A DNA stretch of 64,000 bases from positions 64,001 to 128,000 of the IMG/VR virus record IMGVR_UViG_3300002231_001563; one strand, written 5' to 3'. This document shows, in pieces, positions 9,412 to 18,114 of this stretch. A program made the position numbers and the translations under genes. The notes beneath the pieces are model-generated. The model was given only the letters and a program-made list of their open reading frames with translations. It was not told where the DNA came from and did not search any database. The stretch comes from a virus. Positions within the stretch are counted from its first letter, which is position 1. Every line of letters begins with the position of its first letter.

Positions 9412-9930
9412 ATGGCAACAACATTAGAAATCATTCAAGGAATCAACCAGGCAGCTGCAAATGCATATGACGGCGCACACGACGAGCGTTTTGTCACTGG
9501 CGACACCAAAAAGCTCGGCCTAAGCCGGGAAGAGGGGTGCCCTATCATGGATAGCCGCGTGTCTGATGGTTTTGGTATCAAAATTATAGGCAATAAGCTC
9601 CAAATCAATTATGAAGCCAATGTGCGCCTTCAGGATGTGTATGCTGTTGGCTTTGAGGAAGAGTGTGAGCGCCGAATTGAGCAAATTGCTGCCTTTTTGG
9701 TGAAAGAATATAAAATTATTACTGGAAGCACACTCTCTCTGACGGCCGAGGGTGAGGCGCACTGCTTCGTTCAGAATACTTCCCGAGTCCGCACTTTTGT
9801 GATGTGTCATAAACTTTATCGCATCAATTCTCTTAAAAATGTAGAGACTCTAGGGGAAGCTGTGACGGACCCTATGGACGTCAAATACCAGAAATTTTTA
9901 AAAGAAGGTAGTTTTTTAGATAGTGAATAA
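9412..9930 (+). CDS. Hypothetical protein immediately upstream of the terminase
   Basis: 172-aa ORF with GGGGAGG SD, abutting the terL start. Confidence 0.6.
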   Translation: MATTLEIIQGINQAAANAYDGAHDERFVTGDTKKLGLSREEGCPIMDSRVSDGFGIKIIGNKLQINYEANVRLQDVYAVGFEEECERRIEQIAAFLVKEYKIITGSTLSLTAEGEAHCFVQNTSRVRTFVMCHKLYRINSLKNVETLGEAVTDPMDVKYQKFLKEGSFLDSE

Positions 9931-11520
9931 ATGTCGTACACTTTATCCAAAAAGGAGATAGTGGCAGAAATACTAAAATCGGGGAAAGATCCCGTTTATT
10001 TTATTAACAATTATGCCCGAATATCTCACCCCATCAGGGGGTTAATTCCTTTCAAGACCTACGATTACCAATCGGATTTGTTGGTCGATTTTAATGATTA
10101 TCGCTTCAACATTATCTTAAAAGCGCGCCAATTGGGGATCTCAACAATCGCCGCCGCATATATTGTGTGGCTCATGCTATTTCACCGCGATAAAAATATC
10201 CTTGTAATGGCCACCAAATTCAAGACGGCGGCTAATTTAGTCAAAAAAGTAAAAGCTATCATGAAGAACGTTCCTGATTTTCTCCTAATAGCAGAGATAT
10301 CTATCGATAATCGAGCCTCTTTTGAATTATCCAATGGGTCACAGATCCAAGCTGCCTCCACCTCCGGCGACGCCGGCCGATCAGAGGCCCTCTCTCTACT
10401 GGTTATTGATGAGGCAGCCCATGTGGAGAATTTGGATGAGTTGTGGGCCGGCCTCTACCCTACCATTTCAACTGGTGGTCGCGTGATAGCCTTGAGTACG
10501 CCCAACGGTGTGGGAAATTGGTTTCACAAAACATATGCGGAATCGGCCGAGGGAGCTAATGATTTCCATCCTATCTTGTTGCCTTGGGATGTTCATCCCG
10601 ATCGCGATCAAGCGTGGTTTGATAAAGAGACACGTAATATGTCTCGCCGCGAAATTGCCCAAGAACTGGAGTGCAATTTTAATACTTCCGGTGAGACAGT
10701 CATTCACCCCGATGATATCCAGTGGATAGAGTCTATCGTAACTGATCCTAAATATCGCACTAGTTTCGACAGAAATATGTGGATTTGGGAAGAATATATA
10801 CCCGAATGTACTTATTTATTGGTAGCTGACGTGGCCCGAGGCGACGGCGCCGACTTTTCTGTCTTTCATATTATAAAACTAGAGACAATGGAGGTGGTGG
10901 CCGAATATCAGGGAAAGCCGAGTCTAGATATGTATTCCAATGTATTAATGCAGGCTGGAAAAGAATATGGAAATTGCCTTCTGGTCGTGGAGAATGTGGG
11001 AATTGGGATATCCATCTTGGAAAAACTGGTAGATCTCGGCTATCCCAACTTATATTACTCCATTAAAAGCACTCATGAGTTCGTAGACAGCAACCAGGGA
11101 GAGACGGATAGCTCCGCCATTCCGGGTTTTACCACATCTTTGAAGACGCGCCCCCTTATTGTTGCAAAATTAGAAGAATTCATCAGAAACAAACTAATTA
11201 AGGTATATTCAGTTCGTTTTTCGAATGAATTGCGAACTTTTATCTGGCATAATGGAAAGCCGCAGGCGATGCGAGGTTACAATGATGATCTCATTATGGC
11301 CTTGGCAATAGCCTGCTGGGTAAGAGACACAGCTTTAGCGGTCAACAAGAGGGAAGTCGAATATAAAAAAGCATGCCTTAATTCAATAATAGCAGTCAAT
11401 ACTAAAATTAATACTGCCATGCCGGGAATGGAAGGCTATGATCGAAAGCAATCATTAGACGAGAAAATGTTTAAAACAAAAGAAGAATATAAAAAATATT
11501 CATGGCTAATCAAAGGATAA
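9931..11520 (+). CDS. terL: Terminase large subunit (T4 gp17-like)
   Basis: LKARQLGIST Walker A, LVIDEAAH Walker B, STPNG coupling motif, VADVARGDGADFS and NDDL nuclease residues. Confidence 0.95.
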   Translation: MSYTLSKKEIVAEILKSGKDPVYFINNYARISHPIRGLIPFKTYDYQSDLLVDFNDYRFNIILKARQLGISTIAAAYIVWLMLFHRDKNILVMATKFKTAANLVKKVKAIMKNVPDFLLIAEISIDNRASFELSNGSQIQAASTSGDAGRSEALSLLVIDEAAHVENLDELWAGLYPTISTGGRVIALSTPNGVGNWFHKTYAESAEGANDFHPILLPWDVHPDRDQAWFDKETRNMSRREIAQELECNFNTSGETVIHPDDIQWIESIVTDPKYRTSFDRNMWIWEEYIPECTYLLVADVARGDGADFSVFHIIKLETMEVVAEYQGKPSLDMYSNVLMQAGKEYGNCLLVVENVGIGISILEKLVDLGYPNLYYSIKSTHEFVDSNQGETDSSAIPGFTTSLKTRPLIVAKLEEFIRNKLIKVYSVRFSNELRTFIWHNGKPQAMRGYNDDLIMALAIACWVRDTALAVNKREVEYKKACLNSIIAVNTKINTAMPGMEGYDRKQSLDEKMFKTKEEYKKYSWLIKG

Positions 11521-11523
11521 AAA

Positions 11524-13482
11524 ATGGCAGATAGAGAAAAAAACCCCAATAATCCCCAATCGGAATTATTTCGCCGACTGACTAGATTATTTTCAGGGCC
11601 GATTGTGAATTGGCGCACTCAGATGAACCGGAAGATTCGCAGAACTTCGCTGGATAAGTACGCAACCCAATTCCAGTCAGCTTCGGGGCAACAATTCAAG
11701 CGATCGGAGTATTCTCCATTCGATGTGATGCATTCTAAAATAATGGCTCAACAAAATAGAGCCGAACGATATATCGATTATGAACAAATGGAATATATGC
11801 CTGAAATTGCGTCGGCTTTGGATATATATGCAGATGAAATGACCACGCATTCGGCGCTGTCACCCATGTTGCACATTCAGTGCAGCAATGAGGAAATCAA
11901 GGCCGTCCTTCATTCTTTATACGAGAATGTGCTCAATGTAAACCATAATTTATTTGGCTGGTGCCGCTCTATGTGTAAGTTCGGCGACTTTATTCTATAT
12001 ATGGATATCGATGAGCGCCTCGGGGTTAAATCAGTGATCCCTATTCCCTTGAGAGAGGTGGAACGCATGGAGGGAGAGGACCCCACCAATCCCAATTATG
12101 TACAATATCAATGGAACTCAGCCGGAATGACTTTTGAAAATTGGCAAATCGCTCATTTTCGCATTTTAGGAAATGACAAATATGCGCCGTATGGCACTTC
12201 AGTACTCGACCCAGCGCGCCGCATATGGCGCCAATTAGTCCTGATGGAGGATGCCATGATGGCATACCGCATTGTGAGATCTGCCGAGCGCCGCGTTTTC
12301 TATGTGGATGTGGGCAATATAGCTCCTCAAGATGTGGAAACCTATGTCCAGAAAACAATTACTTCAATGAAGCGAAACCAAGTTGTCGACGCAAACACCG
12401 GCCGAGTGGATTTACGGTATAACCCTATGTCTGTCGAGGAGGATTATTTTATTCCAATTCGCGGAGGAGAGTCATCAAAGATAGAGACGCTGCCGGGAGG
12501 ACAATTTACGGGAGACATCGACGATGTGAAATATTTGAGAGACAAAATGTTTGCAGCCCTAAAGGTACCACCCGCATATCTATCCAGTGATTCAGAAGCC
12601 GGCGCCAACGAAGATAAAACGACTTTGGCTCAGAAAGATGTGCGATTTGCGCGCACCATTCAACGCCTTCAACGGGCCGTTCTCACCGAATTAGAGAAAA
12701 TTGGAATTGTCCACCTATATACATTGGGATTTCGTGGTGATGATTTGGTGAGCTTCCGTGTTAAGCTTAATAATCCTTCCAAAATCGCCGAACTGCAAGA
12801 ATTAGAACACTGGAAGACTAAATTTGAAATCGCTGGCGGAGCAACTGAAAATTTCTTTAGTCGGCGTTGGATTGCAGAAAATATTTTTAACCTCTCTGAA
12901 GAGGACTTTGTGCGCAACCAGCGCGAAATGTTCCATGATCGTAAGTACGAAGCCGAGCTAAATGCGGTGGCCGAGGTCGCAGGGGAGGAAGCAGCTATTG
13001 CCCTTGGTGGCGGCGAAGGTATTGAAGAGATGGGCGAAGAGGAATTTGGAGAAACCGCCTCTCCTGGTGGAGACACCGATTCAGAAGGCCTTGATATCGA
13101 TATGGACACCGATACTGAAGAAGGGGCCCTCTTAGATGTACCAGCCAAAAGAAATGATACGGAGCGAGATTCCCGCGCCCGTCGAGTCTATCGCACGCCG
13201 GGCGATAAAGGTAAAAAGCACGTCCCACGCCGATTCCGAGGAGGCGACGGCCGAACAAATGGGCGCCCCGCCCAGATGGCCGCCCTTGCATTCCCGCGAG
13301 CCAAGGATGTTGTACCGGGCTCTAGTGATTTGGTAGGGGGGCTTTCTAAAGGTATTTACGAGTCGAAACCCACTATTTATAGTAAAGAAGAAGAGCTTTT
13401 ATTCGAAGCGTCCTCTCAGGTTCAAAATTTGATTGGGGAATTACAAAAATCGGAGATTCAGTTAGATGAAGATGAAGCATAA
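11524..13482 (+). CDS. gp20: Portal protein (T4 gp20-like)
   Basis: PEIASALD, EDAMMAYRIVRSAERRVFYVDVGN, EDYFIP, IETLPGG, DDVKYLRDKMFAALKVP motifs of gp20; low-complexity C-terminal tail. Confidence 0.93.
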   Translation: MADREKNPNNPQSELFRRLTRLFSGPIVNWRTQMNRKIRRTSLDKYATQFQSASGQQFKRSEYSPFDVMHSKIMAQQNRAERYIDYEQMEYMPEIASALDIYADEMTTHSALSPMLHIQCSNEEIKAVLHSLYENVLNVNHNLFGWCRSMCKFGDFILYMDIDERLGVKSVIPIPLREVERMEGEDPTNPNYVQYQWNSAGMTFENWQIAHFRILGNDKYAPYGTSVLDPARRIWRQLVLMEDAMMAYRIVRSAERRVFYVDVGNIAPQDVETYVQKTITSMKRNQVVDANTGRVDLRYNPMSVEEDYFIPIRGGESSKIETLPGGQFTGDIDDVKYLRDKMFAALKVPPAYLSSDSEAGANEDKTTLAQKDVRFARTIQRLQRAVLTELEKIGIVHLYTLGFRGDDLVSFRVKLNNPSKIAELQELEHWKTKFEIAGGATENFFSRRWIAENIFNLSEEDFVRNQREMFHDRKYEAELNAVAEVAGEEAAIALGGGEGIEEMGEEEFGETASPGGDTDSEGLDIDMDTDTEEGALLDVPAKRNDTERDSRARRVYRTPGDKGKKHVPRRFRGGDGRTNGRPAQMAALAFPRAKDVVPGSSDLVGGLSKGIYESKPTIYSKEEELLFEASSQVQNLIGELQKSEIQLDEDEA

Positions 13483-14284
13483 TAAAAAGCGTAATACTGC
13501 TTTTATATTTGAAGTATTAATTCGGGAATTAACCAAAAGTGTCATTTCTAAAGATGAGCGCGCCAAAAGAAAGATTATGCGCATCATCCGCGAGCATTTT
13601 AAGGGAAATACCCTGTTGGCTAAGGATCTGGAACTATATAAATCTATTTTAGAAACGGAAAATGTGGAGCGACATATTGCTGAGCGCATCATTTTTGAAT
13701 CGAGAATGGTTAAGAAGAGCATTAATGCGAAACAACTATTTGTCGAGCAAACAGAAATTATCGATCGCATCAATAAAGAGATTCCGGGCCCTGTTTTTTC
13801 TAATTTTGTGCCCAATTACAAGGATTTGGCCACCGTTTTTCAAATTTTTAATCCCAAATCGCGCACTAAACAGCGGGTTTTGCTAGAACACCAAATGGTG
13901 GAGACTATGATTTCGGATGAGGAGCGAGAAAAGGACCTTCTGAAGCCCATTGATAACTTAACTTACAAAACTTTTGTCAAAAAGTTTAATGAAAAATACA
14001 CCGATAACCTAATGGAAGAACAAAAGAGCCTATTACAGAAATATGTTACTTCATTTACGGACAATGGCATTGAAATCAAAATATATTTAAATGAAGAGAT
14101 CCCGCGCCTACACGAATTGCTCAAAAAAGCTTTAACGATGCCAGCAATAAAAAACGACAAAGATATGCTTCACAAAACGGAGCAAGTTATTGAAATTCTG
14201 CAATCATCTTCAAAGAGGCCTCTGGATAACAAATTTGTTCATGATATCCTCAAAATTCAAAATTTAACTAAGGAGTTGGGATAA
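13466..14284 (+). CDS. Hypothetical head-module protein
   Basis: Lys/Glu-rich ORF beginning KHNKKRNTAFIFE, overlapping the portal end. Confidence 0.6.
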   Translation: MKMKHNKKRNTAFIFEVLIRELTKSVISKDERAKRKIMRIIREHFKGNTLLAKDLELYKSILETENVERHIAERIIFESRMVKKSINAKQLFVEQTEIIDRINKEIPGPVFSNFVPNYKDLATVFQIFNPKSRTKQRVLLEHQMVETMISDEEREKDLLKPIDNLTYKTFVKKFNEKYTDNLMEEQKSLLQKYVTSFTDNGIEIKIYLNEEIPRLHELLKKALTMPAIKNDKDMLHKTEQVIEILQSSSKRPLDNKFVHDILKIQNLTKELG

Positions 14285-14835
14285 TGGCCATTACTATCAC
14301 AGTGGGAGCAGCTGCTAAACAACAGACCGTACAGCTGGAATTAAAGGCTCGCAAGACGCTTGATGGTAATATTTTAATTTTTGACCACGAGGAGATGGAT
14401 ATTGTTATTATGCCAGCCAAGAGTAAAGTGGTCACATTTGCTAAAAACGCCTTTAATACGACTGTATATGAGGCCCAAAGCCGATTATTTAGCTTTCTTA
14501 AAAAGAGTGGAGTTATTGAGTTTGAATCTATCCGAGGCGGCAGTGTCTACGGCTCTTTAGAGGGAAGTATTCCTATACCGCTTAATGAAGACGTCAATGC
14601 CATTGATTACACTATTTATGGAATTTATAAATTTCTTAAAGAAGAACAGCCTTATTACGATTATATTGAAGATTATGAACACATGTTGGATGATTATTAC
14701 ACCGAACCCACAGACAAGGATTCTACTGCCCTAGGAGAAGTACCTCAGGCCACCGAGAAAGGTTCGATCAAGCCAGGATACAACTATTCTCCCTATTGGA
14801 TGAGTTATATGTTAGAAGAACAAAAGGAAAAATAG
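14284..14835 (+). CDS. Hypothetical head-module protein
   Basis: TAATG-coupled 183-aa ORF. Confidence 0.6.
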   Translation: MAITITVGAAAKQQTVQLELKARKTLDGNILIFDHEEMDIVIMPAKSKVVTFAKNAFNTTVYEAQSRLFSFLKKSGVIEFESIRGGSVYGSLEGSIPIPLNEDVNAIDYTIYGIYKFLKEEQPYYDYIEDYEHMLDDYYTEPTDKDSTALGEVPQATEKGSIKPGYNYSPYWMSYMLEEQKEK

Positions 14836-15119
14836 TGTCTCTTTTGTATTTTGTTTTGGCTTCCTATGGGCTGACTCAACTCTTGTGCTATGGGCGAATC
14901 TTCCAGCGCATCCGACCGACCGGATATTTTTGGTCATGCCCTATGTGTGTGGGATTTTGGGTGGGAATTTTTTTATGTGGGATTAGCCCTTGGACCGAAC
15001 TATTTACTTTTGAACTGAGCATCACAAACTTATTTATTTGTGGGTCGCTGAGTTCAGGAACTTCATATATTTTAAATATGACATTTGGAGACAATGGCAT
15101 AAATCTACAGAGGAGGTGA
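14835..15119 (+). CDS. Small membrane protein, DUF1360-like
   Basis: GTG start overlapping the upstream TAG, AAGGA SD; hydrophobic helices around CPMCVGFWVG (C-x-x-C-x-x-x-W). Confidence 0.5.
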   Translation: MSLLYFVLASYGLTQLLCYGRIFQRIRPTGYFWSCPMCVGFWVGIFLCGISPWTELFTFELSITNLFICGSLSSGTSYILNMTFGDNGINLQRR

Positions 15120-15122
15120 GTT

Positions 15123-15176
15123 ATGCTTATCAGATATATGCTTCGTGGGGTTCGACGCTGCAAAAACGGTTGTTGA
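15123..15176 (+). CDS. 17-aa basic di-Cys peptide MLIRYMLRGVRRCKNGC
   Basis: Strong SD AGGAGGTGA (15111-15119) just upstream of ATG; fills the intergenic gap; below the ORF-track cutoff. Confidence 0.45.
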   Translation: MLIRYMLRGVRRCKNGC

Positions 15177-15181
15177 ATTTA

Positions 15182-15201
15182 GCGCCCGCTAGGGCGCGCC
15201 C
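15182..15201 (+). promoter_or_regulatory. GC hairpin/palindrome upstream of the prohead protease
   Basis: GCGCCC-GCTA-GGGCGC, overlapping the perfect palindrome GGGCGCGCCC (15192-15201). Confidence 0.4.
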
Positions 15202-15227
15202 TTTACTAAAGAATGGAGAAAAGACTA

Positions 15228-15842
15228 ATGTCTAAAGTTTTATTGAGAGAATACTACGCGTTGTGTGAGGGTGGCGTTTGTCAAGATTTGCTCACCGAGG
15301 CGGAAAAGAGAGATATTAAAGAAAATAATGCCATGTATTTGACTGGCCTCATGCAACAGGCAGATACTCAAAATGGAAATGGAAGAGTATATCCTCAGAA
15401 AGTATTGATGAGGGAAATGGAGAATTATCGGAAGCTCGTTAAGGAAAAGCGCGCCCTGGGAGAATTAGACCATCCTGATGATTCAGTCATCAATCTAAAA
15501 AATGCAAGTCACATGGTGACTAATATTTGGTCCGATGGGCCAAAGGTCATGGGTACCGTTAAGATTCTGGATACTCCGGCCGGAGGGATCCTGCGATCCT
15601 TGGTGGAGTCCGGGGTTCAGTTAGGTATTTCATCACGAGGCTTGGGATCAGTCCGCGAAAGCATGAATGGGGGAGTGGTGGTGGAGGACGATTTTCAACT
15701 TATTTGTTTTGATTTCGTGTCTGAGCCGAGCACTCCAAACGCTTATATGAACCTCCAGGAAGGAAAACAATATAGCGAGCCAAATATTTTTACTAAAGCT
15801 GACAGGATAAACCGAGCTTTAAACGAGGTCTTAGGTAAATAA
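15228..15842 (+). CDS. gp21: Prohead core protease (T4 gp21-like)
   Basis: NGNGRVYP, GELDHP, SHMVT, GISSRGLGS, DFVSEPS motifs; ATG 15228 follows GGAG. Confidence 0.93.
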   Translation: MSKVLLREYYALCEGGVCQDLLTEAEKRDIKENNAMYLTGLMQQADTQNGNGRVYPQKVLMREMENYRKLVKEKRALGELDHPDDSVINLKNASHMVTNIWSDGPKVMGTVKILDTPAGGILRSLVESGVQLGISSRGLGSVRESMNGGVVVEDDFQLICFDFVSEPSTPNAYMNLQEGKQYSEPNIFTKADRINRALNEVLGK

Positions 15843-16261
15843 TGAAAAAATCAGAACTAAAGGCGACTTTAAAACCTCTTATCAAAGAATGTATTAAAGA
15901 AGTGATCTTCGAAGAGGGTGTCTTGTCAGGTTTAATTAAGGAGGTAGCTCACGGGCTGGCTGAGCCCCAAGTTATCACAGAAGTGGACCCACCAGCGCAA
16001 GATTTTAGCCGCCAACGCGCAGAAATGCATGAAGAAATGAAAAATACTCTCAATGAGCGCAAGCGAACCCTTGAAAAAAGCTTGGGCTCTTCTTTTGACG
16101 GAGTATTTTCGAACATGTCCCCTATGGATACGCCACCATCACCTGGAAGCGGCAATTCCCCCCAATCCCCGCTTGCAGGCCACGCGCCGTCTGACCCGGG
16201 GGTAGATATTAGTGGTATTTTAGCTCTAGGTTCGGGCGAGAATTGGAAAAAGATGATTTAA
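15842..16261 (+). CDS. Hypothetical head protein
   Basis: N-terminus MKKSELKATLKPLIKECIKEVIFEEG; Pro/Ser-rich C-terminus. Confidence 0.55.
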   Translation: MKKSELKATLKPLIKECIKEVIFEEGVLSGLIKEVAHGLAEPQVITEVDPPAQDFSRQRAEMHEEMKNTLNERKRTLEKSLGSSFDGVFSNMSPMDTPPSPGSGNSPQSPLAGHAPSDPGVDISGILALGSGENWKKMI

Positions 16262-16272
16262 GTTCTCTAAAT

Positions 16273-16281
16273 ACTATTTAT
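16273..16281 (+). promoter_or_regulatory. Putative late-promoter motif ACTATTTAT (bS21)
   Basis: Recurring intergenic motif. Confidence 0.55.
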
Positions 16282-16321
16282 AGAATGAAGGCTAGATGCC
16301 TTGCCTCACCATGGAGTCACG

Positions 16322-16543
16322 ATGGCTAAAAAACCAGTAAATGTCTCAACGCGCCCACGTGGCCGCAATGACAATCCCTTGCGCATGATCCGGAGATTCA
16401 TGAAAAAGGTAAAAAAAGAAAGGGTAATAGAAACTTATAGAGAAAAACAACGCTATGAGAAGCCCTCTGAAAAAAGATCGAAAGCCAAAAAGCGCCGCAA
16501 ACGCGTTTTAGATAAACTACGAGAAAAAGAAAGAATTTCATAA
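16322..16543 (+). CDS. rpsU: Phage-encoded 30S ribosomal protein bS21
   Basis: RMIRRFMKKVKKERVIETYREKQRYEKPSEKR matches the S21 pattern RRFK+...G+..E.R....YEKPSE.R; ATG 16322 after GGAG. Confidence 0.88.
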   Translation: MAKKPVNVSTRPRGRNDNPLRMIRRFMKKVKKERVIETYREKQRYEKPSEKRSKAKKRRKRVLDKLREKERIS

Positions 16544-16550
16544 AATAAAA

Positions 16551-16559
16551 ACTAATTAT
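16551..16559 (+). promoter_or_regulatory. Putative late-promoter motif ACTAATTAT
   Basis: Recurring intergenic motif. Confidence 0.55.
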
Positions 16560-16586
16560 TATATGAAATAGGAGTGTCATAATCAA

Positions 16587-17012
16587 ATGTCCATATACGA
16601 ATACAAAGCGGGCCTAGGAAATTCCGCATCTTATCAGGTATCAGGAAAGCCGTGGGCTTCGGGCTCTATCAATGTAAATACCATCTCATCTGCAGGAACC
16701 GACCCTCAAAGAATCGCCTTTCCTTTTGTCACACAATGGTTTAATATCCGAAATCACGATACCGCCAGCAGCCGCGACATATATCTCGCCTTCTCTAAAG
16801 CAGGCCTTCCTTCACAAGGGGGCACTAACCACATCAAGATTCCAGACGCAGGAGCCACCACTCCCAATTCCCCCGCGTTCATGATGCGCTTTAAAGTGTC
16901 AGAGATATGGATAGAGGGTACCTCCACGGAATGTGATATTATGGCCGGACTCACCGGAATTCAATCAAGCGAACTCTTAAACAACTGGTCTGGCAGTGCC
17001 GGAGTGGGCTAA
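16587..17012 (+). CDS. Putative virion (head decoration-type) protein
   Basis: Small beta-rich ORF before the scaffold/MCP with its own motif copy and AGGAG SD; function inferred from context only. Confidence 0.4.
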   Translation: MSIYEYKAGLGNSASYQVSGKPWASGSINVNTISSAGTDPQRIAFPFVTQWFNIRNHDTASSRDIYLAFSKAGLPSQGGTNHIKIPDAGATTPNSPAFMMRFKVSEIWIEGTSTECDIMAGLTGIQSSELLNNWSGSAGVG

Positions 17013-17067
17013 TTTAAAAAACCGAATAATCCCTTTTATAAAAATGTGTCTTTTTACATTTTTCTAA

Positions 17068-17076
17068 ACTATTTAT
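17068..17076 (+). promoter_or_regulatory. Putative late-promoter motif ACTATTTAT (scaffold/MCP)
   Basis: Recurring motif, preceded by the AT-rich inverted repeat AAAAATGT-N8-ACATTTTT (17040-17063). Confidence 0.55.
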
Positions 17077-17109
17077 TTTTGAGTATTTTTATAAGAGGGG
17101 AGTCTTTTT

Positions 17110-18099
17110 ATGTCTTCATTATTGGAACAAGCTATAGTCGATGCATCGGCACTTCGCGACGCGGCAATCAAGAACGCCGAAACGGCAATTTTAAATAAGT
17201 ATTCTACCGATATTCGAGAAGCGGTAGAGGCTCTTCTTGAGCAGGATGAGGAACAGGGTGAGGAGCTATCTGCCAGTTTGGAAGACACAATCCCCCTTGC
17301 ATTGGAGCCCCAAGCGGCATCGACCGCCGGCGAAATAGTCCTCAGCATGGAAGAATTGAAGGATATGGCGGATGCCCTTGCAGCAGAAGACGAAGCATTG
17401 GTAGGGGAGCCATCTTCGCATGAAGATTTGACAAACTCGGTTGACGCAGTTACTGATGGTCCACCGGCCCCACGTCCCGACGCAGACGACGTCGCCGCAG
17501 TTCCGGTGACCGCCACCCTAGAGGAAGAGGTGGAAATAGAAGATTTGGAAGACCTCTTAGAAGAGTTGGTAGTAGATATCACTCCTCAAAAGTCGGGATG
17601 GGCGGGTACACCTGAACCCATCATGATGTATAAAACTGAACTAGAGCTGGCACATCGAGCAGCCACCAAAACTAAAGAAGAAATAGAAGCATTAACTAAA
17701 GCTGGAGAGAGACTATCCGAGGACAACGCCTCGTTGAAGAGCAAGAATAAGAAAATGCTCCACGCCCTCCAAGCTTTAAAAGAAAATTTTGATAAAATAA
17801 ACCTCTCAAACGCGAGGTTGGTTTATACGAACCGCATTTTGACAACTGGCTCCTTGAATGAGCGGCAAAAAGAAAAAATTGTTGAAGCGTTGTCTAAGGC
17901 TGGTTCGATCGAAGAAGCAAAGGTAATTTTTGAAACTCTTGAAAGCGCTGTGGGAGGAGTAACGGGTAAAGCCCCTCCACAATCACTCCGTGAGACCATC
18001 GAAAGACCTTCTGCCACTTTACCCAGAAGAGCACCTAAGACTGAGCATGTTCCTGCAATAAGCAGGATGCAAGTTTTAGCTGGAATTAAAGACAAATAA
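17110..18099 (+). CDS. Prohead core scaffolding protein (T4 gp22-like)
   Basis: Acidic coiled-coil protein immediately before the MCP with several L-x-E sites. Confidence 0.75.
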   Translation: MSSLLEQAIVDASALRDAAIKNAETAILNKYSTDIREAVEALLEQDEEQGEELSASLEDTIPLALEPQAASTAGEIVLSMEELKDMADALAAEDEALVGEPSSHEDLTNSVDAVTDGPPAPRPDADDVAAVPVTATLEEEVEIEDLEDLLEELVVDITPQKSGWAGTPEPIMMYKTELELAHRAATKTKEEIEALTKAGERLSEDNASLKSKNKKMLHALQALKENFDKINLSNARLVYTNRILTTGSLNERQKEKIVEALSKAGSIEEAKVIFETLESAVGGVTGKAPPQSLRETIERPSATLPRRAPKTEHVPAISRMQVLAGIKDK

Positions 18100-18114
18100 G
18101 GAGATTTTTACATT

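Noticed and set aside
9412-9930. Small terminase subunit call from position
   Set aside because: No recognisable TerS motif; adjacency alone is insufficient.
15146-15160. GGTTCGA as a tRNA T-arm or tmRNA 5' end
   Set aside because: No cloverleaf or acceptor stem can be built; it lies in the small peptide ORF. No tRNA was found in the window.
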